NCBI GenBank assembly: GCA_963719315.1
Contig: CAVRBU010000006.1
Coordinates: 64,001 to 128,000, forward strand
Length of the DNA stretch: 64,000 nucleotides
Direction: 5' to 3'
Source: an uncultured Planctomycetota bacterium
GTDB lineage: Bacteria > Planctomycetota > Planctomycetia > Pirellulales > Lacipirellulaceae
The first letter of the stretch is position 1; every line of letters begins with the position of its first letter. The notes beneath the pieces were generated by a model. The model saw only the letters and a program-made list of their open reading frames with translations. It searched no databases and was not told the DNA's origin. The position numbers were made by a program, and so were the translations under genes. Positions 20,438 to 29,858 of this stretch are shown one piece after another.

Positions 20438-22090
20438 ATGAAAGTCACCAATTACTTGGTTGTGGCGACGGTGTTTTGGATGTCAGCGGCCGAATGTGCG
20501 CCCGCCGCCGAAACTTTGGCCGAGAAGTACGACATCGTCATCTACGGCGGCACATCATCCGGGATTGTCGCTGCAATTCAAGCCCGACGGATGGGCAAAA
20601 GCGTCGCGCTCATCGAGCCGTCGAACCATCTCGGCGGCCTGACGACCGGCGGCTTAGGGGCGACCGACATCGGCAACAAGCAGGTCATCGGCGGCCTGGC
20701 CCGCGACTTTTATCATCGCATTTGGGCATATTATCAAAACGGCGACGCCTGGGTCCGCGAGAAACGCGACTCCTACAACGCCCGCAATCCGCGCTACGAT
20801 CGCAACGATAAAACGATGTGGACGTTCGAGCCGCACGTGGCTTCGCAGGTGTATCGCGAGATGCTGGCCGCGGCTCGGATCGTGCCCGTGCTGAATGAGC
20901 GGCTCGATCGCCAACATGGTGTGAAAAGGAGCGGACAGCGGATCGAGTCGATCGCGATGGAATCGGGCCGCACGTTCGGCGGTCGAATGTTCATCGACGC
21001 CACGTATGAGGGCGACCTCATGGCGGCGGCCGGTGTGTCGTATCACGTCGGTCGCGAGGCGAATGACGTGTATGGTGAAACGCTGAACGGCGTCGAGCCG
21101 ACGCAGAATGTAAAGAACCATCGCTTTCTGAAACCGGTGGACCCGTTCGTGAAGCCGGGGGATGCGACTTCCGGCCTGCTGCCGGACGTGCAAGTTACGG
21201 AGTTGCCGCCGGCCGGCACCGGTGATCGGCTCGTGCAGGCGTATTGCTACCGTCTCTGCACGACGGATGTCGCCGAGAATCGCCGCCCATGGCCGAAGTC
21301 GGCTGACTACAACGAATCGCGCTATGAGCTGTTGCTGCGGAACTTCGAGGCCGGCGACGATCGTCCGCCCTGGCATCCGGTGTGGATGCCCAATCGCAAG
21401 ACCGATACGAACAACAACGGTGCGTTCTCGACCGACTACATCGGCGGCAACTACGAATATCCAGATGCAGACTACGCCACGCGCGAGAAGATCGTGGCCG
21501 ATCATCGGGCCTATCAGCAGGGGCTGTTGTGGACGCTTGCCAATCACCCGCGCGTGCCGGCAAAGGTGCGAGCGGAATTTCAACGGCTCGGCCTGGCCAA
21601 GGATGAGTTCGTCGACAACGACAATTGGCCCACGCAGCTTTACATCCGCGAAGCGCGGCGGATGATCGGCGCGTATGTGATGACCGAACACAACTGCCGC
21701 AGCCGCGCGGTCGCCGAAGACTCGGTCGGCATGGGCGCCTACGGCATGGACAGCCACAATTGTCAGCGGTACGTGAATGCAAAAGGCCTCGTGCAGAACG
21801 AGGGCGACGTGCAAGTCGGCGGCTTCGCGCCGTACCCGATCGGTTATCGGGCGATCGTGCCGAAAATGAGCGAATGCGAGAACCTACTCGTGCCAGTGTG
21901 TTTATCGAGTTCGCACATCGCATACGGCTCGATTCGGATGGAGCCGGTGTTTATGATCCTGGGCCAATCCGCGGCGACGGCGGCGGCGTTAGCAATTGAC
22001 GACGACGTTGCAGTGCAGAACCTCGATTACCCTCGCCTGCGCGATCGGCTTCACGCGGATGGGCAAGTGTTGGAATCAGCGCCGAAGTAA
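20438..22090 (+). CDS. Secreted FAD-dependent oxidoreductase (FAD_oxidored-like)
   Basis: Signal peptide; DIVIYGGTSSG, FIDATYEGDL, YIREARR, SSSHIAYGSIRMEP. Confidence 0.88.
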   Translation: MKVTNYLVVATVFWMSAAECAPAAETLAEKYDIVIYGGTSSGIVAAIQARRMGKSVALIEPSNHLGGLTTGGLGATDIGNKQVIGGLARDFYHRIWAYYQNGDAWVREKRDSYNARNPRYDRNDKTMWTFEPHVASQVYREMLAAARIVPVLNERLDRQHGVKRSGQRIESIAMESGRTFGGRMFIDATYEGDLMAAAGVSYHVGREANDVYGETLNGVEPTQNVKNHRFLKPVDPFVKPGDATSGLLPDVQVTELPPAGTGDRLVQAYCYRLCTTDVAENRRPWPKSADYNESRYELLLRNFEAGDDRPPWHPVWMPNRKTDTNNNGAFSTDYIGGNYEYPDADYATREKIVADHRAYQQGLLWTLANHPRVPAKVRAEFQRLGLAKDEFVDNDNWPTQLYIREARRMIGAYVMTEHNCRSRAVAEDSVGMGAYGMDSHNCQRYVNAKGLVQNEGDVQVGGFAPYPIGYRAIVPKMSECENLLVPVCLSSSHIAYGSIRMEPVFMILGQSAATAAALAIDDDVAVQNLDYPRLRDRLHADGQVLESAPK

Positions 22091-22096
22091 AGAAAA

Positions 22097-22189
22097 GGGT
22101 GGCTGGGGTCGAGCCGAAGGCGAGCCCCCAGAGCGCTGGAGTTTGCACTACTTCGCTGGGGGCTCGCTTGCGCTCGACCCCAGGCACCC
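22097..22189. repeat. REPIN family G (GGGTGGCTGGGG...); related copies near 50945-51015 and 55753-55786
   Basis: Inverted GGTG-headed palindromes. Confidence 0.65.
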
Positions 22190-22214
22190 GGCACGCGCGC
22201 AGATTCAAGCGCGC

Positions 22215-22253
22215 AAAAAAGCCGGGCCGCTCACTTGCGTGATGCGGCCCGGC
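22215..22253 (-). terminator. Intrinsic terminator after PDZ gene
   Basis: GCCGGGCCGC stem followed by U6 on the minus strand. Confidence 0.75.
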
Positions 22254-22291
22254 CGGGAGTTGCGACCAAGGCAACAACCTACCCTACCAGG

Positions 22292-23341
22292 TTACTTCGT
22301 GGCTTCGTGGTGGTCGGCCTGGTCGGCCGCGGCGTGATCCTCGCCGAGCAGCCGCTTTTGCATTTCCTCGAGCCGTTGTTCCATGCGTTGCAGCCGCTCT
22401 TGGAGTTGGCCGTTGTCGATGCCGACGCCGCCCATGCGACGCTCGAAATTCGGCATGTGGATATTCATGCCGCCGTTGCCGTGCACCATCTGCTCGACGA
22501 ACGGACGCAGGTCTTCCGGCAACTGCTTCAGGGATTTGGGATCATCGCCGACGATATTCCAGGTCTCATCGCCGCGTTTCACGGTGATCTGAGCCGGTTG
22601 TCCGTCTTGCTTCTGGAGGGTGACCGACACGCCGTTCGGCATGATGCCGAAGCTTTGGTCGCCGCCGCCGACGATCACGCCGTTGCCGAAATTGCGGAAT
22701 TGCATCGGCAGGTTGCCGCCGAATTGCTGCATCAAATCGTTCGGCATTGTGAATCCACCGCCGCCAAGACCGCTACCGGTGCCCGCGCCATTGTTGAAAT
22801 CAACTTGCGGAACGGGTGCATTGGCTGGCCGCTCTTCCGGGGTGAGATTTACGGTCTCGCGCTTGCTGTGGCGCAGCACGTCAAGCGTGATCTGGCCTTT
22901 CTTCGGGCCTTCCGCTAGAACGAGTTCGACCAGGTCTTGCATCTCGTGCAGGTCCTTATCGTTCGCCCGCAGCAGGATATCGTACTGTTTCAAACCGGCC
23001 TTGGCCGCGGGGCTCTCGGGGACGACGTTGGCCACGATCAACCCCTGGTTTTCCGGCAGGTCCAACTGGGACCGCAGCGGGCTGTCGGCCGTGATCGCGC
23101 CGCCCAACAAGCCGATCCAATACTTCGGCATCTGAGCTTGCGGCGCGAACGCGCGACCGCCGACGCCGTCATCCGGCGGCGGCAAATCCGGCTTGGCCTG
23201 GTCGCCGTCGGTGTGGCCGATTCGCACGACTTTGCCATCCGATTGGTCATCATTTGCGGCCCGAGCAACCGCCCCGGCTCCCAACACGAGCGCGATCATC
23301 AGCGCCCAGTTCACTGCACCACGCAGAGAATTCGTAGACAT
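22292..23341 (-). CDS. Secreted PDZ-domain protein without protease domain
   Basis: Signal peptide; YWIGL, VVPESPAAKAGLKQYDILL; AAAGGAG RBS. Confidence 0.85.
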   Translation of the reverse strand: MSTNSLRGAVNWALMIALVLGAGAVARAANDDQSDGKVVRIGHTDGDQAKPDLPPPDDGVGGRAFAPQAQMPKYWIGLLGGAITADSPLRSQLDLPENQGLIVANVVPESPAAKAGLKQYDILLRANDKDLHEMQDLVELVLAEGPKKGQITLDVLRHSKRETVNLTPEERPANAPVPQVDFNNGAGTGSGLGGGGFTMPNDLMQQFGGNLPMQFRNFGNGVIVGGGDQSFGIMPNGVSVTLQKQDGQPAQITVKRGDETWNIVGDDPKSLKQLPEDLRPFVEQMVHGNGGMNIHMPNFERRMGGVGIDNGQLQERLQRMEQRLEEMQKRLLGEDHAAADQADHHEATK

Positions 23342-23500
23342 AACCACTTCTCCTTTCAGAATGAGACTAACAGCTTCAAACAGAAATAATTGAACCGCCA
23401 AGCACGCCAAGGTCACCAAGCGAATACGTTGTTGTTCTTTGCCTTACTTGGCGTCCTCGGCGACTTGGCGGTTCAAACTGTTAGGAAGCTATGAAACCCC

Positions 23501-24195
23501 CTAATACACTCTATTACTTACAGGAACGATCTTCGTATCTTCGACCGGCACGATCATTTGCCGGCCGTTGTCCAACCACATCGGAGCGAACTTACGTTGC
23601 GATTTGACCGCGTAACCATGGTCTTGCAAACGATCCCGTACATCATCCGGCACGCCAGTTTGAAATTGCAGGCCGAGTTCCGGATCCAGTGCGCCCGCGT
23701 CCACCAACGGCACACGAACGCGCCGCATGTTGCCGGCATCGTCGCGGACCCATAGGTTGAGTGCGTCGGCCGGTTTTGTCGCGTCAGGGGCCGCAGCGCC
23801 CGCGGTAGGGGGGCGCTCACAAGTTGTTCATTTGTTGTGGAAGGGCCGCTAGCGATTGGAATTTCTGAGCCACGCTGTAAAGTTCCAATCTTGAACGCTA
23901 CAAGTAGTCCGGCAGCCACGGCCAACCACTGCGCGGCCGCCCGCATCGTTGTACGCTTCGCGGGCACATTTGGTGCGACCGTTTTTGCAACTGTCAGGGC
24001 CGCTTGCGGCTTCGCGGCCACCCGCCGCATTTCCTCTCGCCAAGACTGCGCTTCCAAGAACGCTAGCGCACACCGCCGCCACTCCCGGGGCCGCTCATCG
24101 AGCGATTCCAACAGCGCCTGTCGCTCCGCGTCCGAAAGCTCCCCATCGACCAAACGGTCGAATAGGATGTCGTCGTTGTGAAGTTCGTTGTTCAT
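23501..24195 (-). CDS. Putative membrane anti-sigma factor; apparent frameshift near 23790
   Basis: DRLVDGELS..WRRCALAFLE, one TM; C-terminal part in ORF 23501-23728; follows ECF sigma. Confidence 0.75.
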
Positions 24196-24257
24196 CGTGG
24201 TTTGAGAACGCTAATCAGCGCTAATAGGCACTAATCCGATTCCCGGCCTTCTTATTG

Positions 24258-24402
24258 CTCAAAGTGAAAACCGCCAAGGTCGCCAAGAGCCAAGTCTTCA
24301 TTTATTACGATTGAAATGCGATAGACTGCCGGGACAGTCTTTAACAGACTAACTGCATGCCAAGTCGATTTCTCTCTGTATTCCTTGGCGACCTTTGCGG
24401 TT
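24258..24402. repeat. Family B long element, copy 2
   Basis: Alignable to 11807-11952 along its length. Confidence 0.75.
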
Positions 24403-24450
24403 CGTCTTTTCAGTATGAGTTTGTGGCGACTATTAGCGCCGATTCGTGTT

Positions 24451-25032
24451 TTACCGTTTTCCTGCCTTCAAACTTGGATCGAGTTTGTATAAAGCCTGGC
24501 GCAACTTTTGTCGCGCTCGATGCAGCCTCGCCTCCACGGCACTCGTACTTAACCCCAAATGTTCCGCCAACTGTTGGTACGACCAATCCTCGCTGTATTT
24601 CAGCAGCATGATTTCCGCGTCGCGGGGCGGCAGCATTGTAAGTGCTTGCCGGACCATCGCGCTCCGCTCATCGGCCAATAGCCAGCCGAGCGGATCGGGC
24701 TCGCGCGCCGCGCCATCGGCAGACGGCTGACGAGCGGCGTACCGATCGAGCAGCTTCTTCCGCCGGCCTTGCCGCCGTCGATGTTGCAAGGCCGCCACCA
24801 CGACCAGCCGGTACAACCAACCCGCGATGCGTGTCGGATCGCGAAGTTGATGACCTTTCTCCAAGGCCGTCATCGACACATCCTGCAACACATCGTCGGC
24901 CGCAGCGGCTTCGCCCACGCGCGCGAGCGCTACGGTCCGCAGCCAGCGTCCATGCCGATCGAGTTCCGCCGGCCAATCGATCGAGTTGGCCGTCGGCTCA
25001 TTCCGCCGCACGCTCGAGTCATCGCGGTGCAT
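24451..25032 (-). CDS. ECF RNA polymerase sigma factor
   Basis: ADDVLQDV, GWLYRL, LPPRDAEIMLLKY..SYQQLAEHLG..VEARLHRAR. Confidence 0.92.
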   Translation of the reverse strand: MHRDDSSVRRNEPTANSIDWPAELDRHGRWLRTVALARVGEAAAADDVLQDVSMTALEKGHQLRDPTRIAGWLYRLVVVAALQHRRRQGRRKKLLDRYAARQPSADGAAREPDPLGWLLADERSAMVRQALTMLPPRDAEIMLLKYSEDWSYQQLAEHLGLSTSAVEARLHRARQKLRQALYKLDPSLKAGKR

Positions 25033-25130
25033 GGCTGTAGAGATAGTTACCGAGGGTGCCGGTAGTCTTGCGGAGCTTTTCCCAAGATCGTAAGTGCAAA
25101 AGCTGCTTTAGGTTACGTCTCAAATTCTTT

Positions 25131-25215
25131 GTAGGTCCCTTCTGCCGGAAGGGACCTGTGGGAATTATCGAACTTTGGGACGTCGCCAAGGTCCCGCTCG
25201 GCAAGCGGGACCTAC
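25131..25215. repeat. REPIN family C, copy 2
   Basis: Same GTAG palindromes as 14849. Confidence 0.85.
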
Positions 25216-25288
25216 TTTTGAGTCAAAGCCTAGGTTTCAGGTGCTTCAATAAGAAACAAGGAGAGGGGGAGACAAGGAGACTGGTCTG

Positions 25289-26665
25289 CTAGCCATGTCC
25301 CTTCGCGGGCACCTGTTTTTTCGATTCTCCTTGTCTCCTTGCCTCCTTGTCTCCCGGTCTCGCTTTCCCGACCAACGGCCACACCACGCCGCGCGGCTGC
25401 CGCGACAAATACCACCACAGCCCCGCGCCGCACGCCAGCAGCCCCAGGCTGATGTTCTGCGAAATGCTCATCCCTGTACCGAACACGGCCGGCTCATCGG
25501 TGCGAATGATCTCCAGCAGAAACCGCGTGATCGGGTGAATCGTAAGCAGCAAAGCGATCACTTCGCCATCTCGCCGCCGAAACGGAAAATATGCCCACAA
25601 CAGCCAACACAACAGCCCGGCGTCGATCGCGCTATACAGTTGCGTTGGGTGCACTGGCCGGCTGCGGGCCGGCAATGGGACGGCAGGGACCTCAATCGTT
25701 TTTCCAGAACGCAGCGTGAGCCGCAGCGGCTGCTGCGACAGGAACAGTTCGAATAGCTGCGCCTTTGCGTCGCGCGCGTTTTCGACGCGCGTTCCGTTAA
25801 TGGCTTCAATGGACTCATCGACGCGCAGCCCCGCCTTCTCGGCCGGCGAGCCGGGATCGACGCGCGTCACCACGGCCGGCTCGGCGCCACGAGAATCGAT
25901 GCGAAAACCGTGCATTTCGCCGCGTGACGCCTGGTCGGCATACGGCGGGCTGAACCGCTGCAGGTCTGTCGCCTTGGCGACTTCGAAGGGAGAACTGTAT
26001 TTCGGAAACGTCACGTGCCACGGCAAGTCGGTTTGGCCGCCGTAGCAGCAGCCATTGAGCAGGCAGCCAATGCGGCCAAACGCCAGCCCAATCGCCATGC
26101 TCGGCGCCACCAAGTCGGCCATCGCCAGTAGCGGCAGGCCCTGCTTGCGAACGAACGTCGTAAACCCGATCGCCGCGCCGATCAAACCGCCGAAGATCAC
26201 GAGCCCACCTTGCGGAATATTGGCGATCTCCAACAACGTATCGCGAAAGCCGCGGCCGGCAAAGCTTTCGTGCCAGTATTCAATGACATAAAACAACCGC
26301 GCACCAACGACCCCACTCACGACCATCCAGATTCCCAGCGAGATGATGACTTCCGGATCGAGCCCTCCCTTGCGCCCCCGATGGATAGCCATGCCAACGC
26401 CGGATGAAATGCCGAGGAGCAGCATCACACCATAGCCGCGAACCGGGAAGCCATCAGGAAATGCCCGTGGCAAGAACAGAATCGCCCCGCCGAGCAGAAT
26501 CAAGACGGGCAGCGAGCTCAGCGTCTCGGCGCTCCACCCGTGATGCCGCACGAGGCTGAAAAGCGAGACGGCGGAAGCAACGGCCCATATCGCCAGCAGC
26601 ACGCCGACGCCAAATATCGGTACGCCGCCCCAGGTATACGGGATGCGAATCAGCTCGCTGCACAT
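25289..26665 (-). CDS. lgt: Prolipoprotein diacylglyceryl transferase with inserted PDZ domain
   Basis: GYGVM, GARLFYV, GGLVIFGG, GRIGCLLNGCCYG, VHPTQLY, RFLLEIIR. Confidence 0.9.
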   Translation of the reverse strand: MCSELIRIPYTWGGVPIFGVGVLLAIWAVASAVSLFSLVRHHGWSAETLSSLPVLILLGGAILFLPRAFPDGFPVRGYGVMLLLGISSGVGMAIHRGRKGGLDPEVIISLGIWMVVSGVVGARLFYVIEYWHESFAGRGFRDTLLEIANIPQGGLVIFGGLIGAAIGFTTFVRKQGLPLLAMADLVAPSMAIGLAFGRIGCLLNGCCYGGQTDLPWHVTFPKYSSPFEVAKATDLQRFSPPYADQASRGEMHGFRIDSRGAEPAVVTRVDPGSPAEKAGLRVDESIEAINGTRVENARDAKAQLFELFLSQQPLRLTLRSGKTIEVPAVPLPARSRPVHPTQLYSAIDAGLLCWLLWAYFPFRRRDGEVIALLLTIHPITRFLLEIIRTDEPAVFGTGMSISQNISLGLLACGAGLWWYLSRQPRGVVWPLVGKARPGDKEARRQGESKKQVPAKGHG

Positions 26666-26761
26666 GGGGGAAGGGGACGGGATTCGGGGAACAGGGGGCA
26701 GGGTAAATTCTGCTTCACACGCTCTGCGCGAGAACACTGGAGTAGGGACCGACTCACTTAC

Positions 26762-27655
26762 TCACCTACTTACTACGATATTGTCGATCAGGCGTGTTTT
26801 GCCAATCGTCGCCGCGAGCACGATCGTAGTCGGGCCGTCGATGCGGTCGACGGGCGTCAGTGTGCCATCGGCGACGAAGGCGATGTATTGGATCTTTATT
26901 CCTCCCGCTCGATCGATCTCGCGCAGCATTTGTCGGCGAACGATGTCAACGTCGCGTTCGCCTTTCGTCGCCAACTCTTCAGCGAGTCGCAGCGATTTCG
27001 AGAGGGCACAGGCGCGGCGGCGCTCATCTTCGGACAAGTACGCGTTGCGAGAGCTCATCGCCAGGCTGTCGGGCTCGCGGACGGTCGGGCATACGCGCAC
27101 CTCGATCGGCACATTCAGGTCGGCGACCATCTGTCGCACGACGATCGTCTGCTGATAATCCTTGCGTCCAAAATACGCTCGATCGGCGGGCGCCAGTTGA
27201 AACAACTTTAACACGATCGTGGCCACTCCGCGAAAATGTGTGGGGCGATATTCGCCCTCCAGCACTTGGCCGCTCCGCCCCACATCGACAAACGTCGCAT
27301 GATTGGCCGCGTACATGGCGCCGTCGCCTGGGGCGAACACCAGATCGCAACCGCGGCTTCCTAACATCGCGACGTCACGTTCCAGATAGCGCGGGTAACT
27401 ACGATAATCCTCCTGCGGCGCGAACTGGGTAGGATTCACGAAAATCGAAACCACGGTCAAGTCGCACTCGGCCCGCGCGGCCGCGAGCAAACTCAAATGC
27501 CCCTCGTGCAGCGCGCCCATCGTCGGCACGAGGCCAACGGTCTTGCCAGCCTGCCGGGCCTCAACGACCGCTTGCCGCACCGCCTCACCCTCAACCAGCA
27601 ATTGCGGCTGATCGCTGCGTTTTGAGGGCGCTTTGTGGGACACAGCTTGCCGCAT
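26762..27655 (-). CDS. panC: Pantoate--beta-alanine ligase
   Basis: VPTMGALHEGH, SIFVNPTQF, RPTHFRGV, FGRKDYQQ, LAMSSRN, RLIDN; start uncertain. Confidence 0.96.
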   Translation of the reverse strand: MRQAVSHKAPSKRSDQPQLLVEGEAVRQAVVEARQAGKTVGLVPTMGALHEGHLSLLAAARAECDLTVVSIFVNPTQFAPQEDYRSYPRYLERDVAMLGSRGCDLVFAPGDGAMYAANHATFVDVGRSGQVLEGEYRPTHFRGVATIVLKLFQLAPADRAYFGRKDYQQTIVVRQMVADLNVPIEVRVCPTVREPDSLAMSSRNAYLSEDERRRACALSKSLRLAEELATKGERDVDIVRRQMLREIDRAGGIKIQYIAFVADGTLTPVDRIDGPTTIVLAATIGKTRLIDNIVVSR

Positions 27656-27661
27656 ATTGTG

Positions 27662-27771
27662 GTAGGCATGCTCCGCATGCCGTCGCCTTAAATATTCTGC
27701 ACCATAGTAGCACACCACAGCAAAAAATGGGGTTCTGCTGTTGGCTACGGCATGCGGAGCACGCCTGCTAC
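27662..27771. repeat. REPIN family H (GTAG..CA(T/C)GCTCCGC..GCCGT); second copy 39912-40002
   Basis: Inverted palindrome pairs ending CTAC. Confidence 0.65.
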
Positions 27772-27807
27772 TTGGATTTTAGGCGATTCACGCTCGCTGG
27801 GCCTAGA

Positions 27808-28674
27808 TCAAGCCCACACGGCATCTACGGCCGCCAAGACCTCGGCTTCGATTTCCTGCGAGTCAAGAGTCTGCAATCGCAGCGTCGGCCCGCGACCGGG
27901 CTGGCGGACAAGCGTGGACCACCGCAACTTGTCTGCCCCGCGATGGGCGACGTCGGCGTCGAGCAGGATAGACAGTTTCGGGAACGCCGCAGCGGCGTAA
28001 GGCAATTCTGAGTGATCTTTGCCAGCCGCGGCTGGCGTTTGTGATCGCTGTGGAAGTTCCAGCCAAGTTGTCCACAGCGGCGGCCAATGGTGATCGGCCA
28101 TATCGAATTTTGGCCGCACGATCCGCCCTGCGCCACGCTGCTCGGTCAGCAGCGAGGCAAGTTTTTCGCGAAATGCTTCGCTGGGCGACACCAGCGCCAG
28201 TGCGTCGCTTGCCTGCACGAGATGCAGCCGCAACCGCTCGATCGGCCAACCAATCACCGGATGCAGCATCTTCGGCGCGATTTCCGCCGCGGGATCGAGC
28301 ACGAACTTGCGGAACGACATCCGCGGATGCGGCAGCGTGAGCATGGCCGTCTCGCTCACGACATTGGCGTAGAGCAGCACATCGATGTCCAGCGTTCGTG
28401 GGGCCCAACGCTCGCCACGCACCCGGCCATGGCGAACTTCAATTTGTTGCAGCTCGGCAAGCAGCGTGAGCGGCGCGATCTTCGTTTCGACCACGGCCGC
28501 GCCGTTAACGTAATCCGCCTGATCCGGCAGGCCACCTACCGGCCGCGTGCGATGCCACGCACTGTGCCGAACGAGTTGTACATCCGGTAGTGCCGTGATT
28601 TCACCCAACGCCGCTCGTAGCGTCGCTTCGCAGTCGCCCAAGTTCGATCCGAGACCAAGCAAGCAAGTTGGCAT
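27808..28674 (-). CDS. folK: HPPK (6-hydroxymethyl-dihydropterin pyrophosphokinase) with C-terminal extension
   Basis: LGLGSNLG, YVNG, RWAPRTLDIDVL, LPHPRM..RKFVL.P. Confidence 0.93.
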   Translation of the reverse strand: MPTCLLGLGSNLGDCEATLRAALGEITALPDVQLVRHSAWHRTRPVGGLPDQADYVNGAAVVETKIAPLTLLAELQQIEVRHGRVRGERWAPRTLDIDVLLYANVVSETAMLTLPHPRMSFRKFVLDPAAEIAPKMLHPVIGWPIERLRLHLVQASDALALVSPSEAFREKLASLLTEQRGAGRIVRPKFDMADHHWPPLWTTWLELPQRSQTPAAAGKDHSELPYAAAAFPKLSILLDADVAHRGADKLRWSTLVRQPGRGPTLRLQTLDSQEIEAEVLAAVDAVWA

Positions 28675-28763
28675 GGCTGATTCAAAGTCGACAACGACGT
28701 AGATGAACTACAACGAGGCGAAGGTCACAAAGAGCAGAATGACCAATGACCAAATCCCAATGA

Positions 28764-28903
28764 CAGTAGTTCCAAGTTAAGACAAAAAGGGCGGAACACT
28801 AATCTTCGCTAATTTCCACTGATTCGGAATTAGTGGTAATTAGTGAAAATTAGCGTTCCTCAGCAATTCATTTCCTCGCCGGTCTCGAAACATGGAAGCC
28901 CTG
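28764..28903. mobile_element. MITE family A, copy 4 (decayed right TIR)
   Basis: Left TIR intact; internal homology to the other copies; right end AAACATGGAAGCCCTG. Confidence 0.8.
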
Positions 28904-28997
28904 ATTGGGATTTGGTCATTGGCACTTTCACTTTGTGCCCTTCGTTTCTTCGTGGTTCATAATAACAACTTGCCGTGGCCGACTGAAAACCGCGCAT

Positions 28998-29033
28998 AAA
29001 AAAGCAGGGCGAGCTGGGGGGAGCTCGCCCTGC
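28998..29033 (-). terminator. Strong intrinsic terminator
   Basis: Perfect 12-bp stem GCAGGGCGAGCT, C6 loop, U6 tail on the minus strand. Confidence 0.85.
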
Positions 29034-29439
29034 CGTTTCGAGAGGGCCGCGAATCAGCAATAAAGTTGGGAGGGACATCCACGTTGTACGCGACCGGAGT
29101 CGCCCGCTGTCGGTCCGTCGGTCGCGCCTCCCAAGTTTGTCGCTAAAATGTCAGCCCAGGTCGAAATAAGCGAAATTACCCTCGTGGTTTTGCCGTTGAT
29201 CACACTAAAAAATGAGCAGGCGGATTGAAATCGGCCGAAATGGCTCCGATTGTTTGACGCCCTGGCAGCGCACACCGCGAAACAGTTCGAAAAACCAAGT
29301 CATTGTCTGCGTCGCCGCTTCTCGATGGCGAGCTTCGTGCTCAGCCCCGGATGCGACCTGCCCGTCCCGGCGACAGGAGTTCCCCAACAGACACCACGTT
29401 TGTCGATACGCGAACGTATCAACAGCTCAACAGCACGCC

Positions 29440-29467
29440 ATTGTCTGCGGATTACTGGCGTTGTCAA
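29440..29467 (-). promoter_or_regulatory. Putative sigma70 promoter
   Basis: TTGACA-N16-GACAAT on the minus strand. Confidence 0.45.
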
Positions 29468-29858
29468 GCACATTTTTTCTTCACCACATTTTGTATCGCG
29501 CGACCACTTGCGTAAATCGGTGCACGTCGTTCCGCGCCTCGATTGCACCGCGAAATTCATCGCACGCGACCACAACCGATTGCTATCGCTGGCTACTATC
29601 TTAGGTGCTCGATCGTGCGTAGCATGAAACAAAGAGTGTTAACGAAGTGAATTCTTTGGAATACGAGTCGACCCTGATTCTCACTAATTCGAATCCGTGT
29701 TGATTAGCGAAGATTAGCGTTCCTGCTCCCCGTATCCAGCAAAATGAACCGCTAAGATCGCCAAGGTCGCCAAGAATATGCATCGTTGATCACTGCTTTA
29801 CTTGGCGTTCTTGGCCGCTTGGCGGTTTGATTCATTCTGATAGAAGCTGCTATTCCCA

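Noticed and set aside
20438..22090. GlpD as identity of the FAD oxidoreductase
   Set aside because: Has a signal peptide and motifs of a different FAD family; separated from the operon by about 300 bp containing a repeat
28998..29440. RNase P RNA or tmRNA
   Set aside because: No GAGGAAAGUCC element and no tRNA-like ends found
29054..29632. Short ORFs on both strands in the folK-hemE gap
   Set aside because: No recognisable motifs, weak RBS, atypical composition
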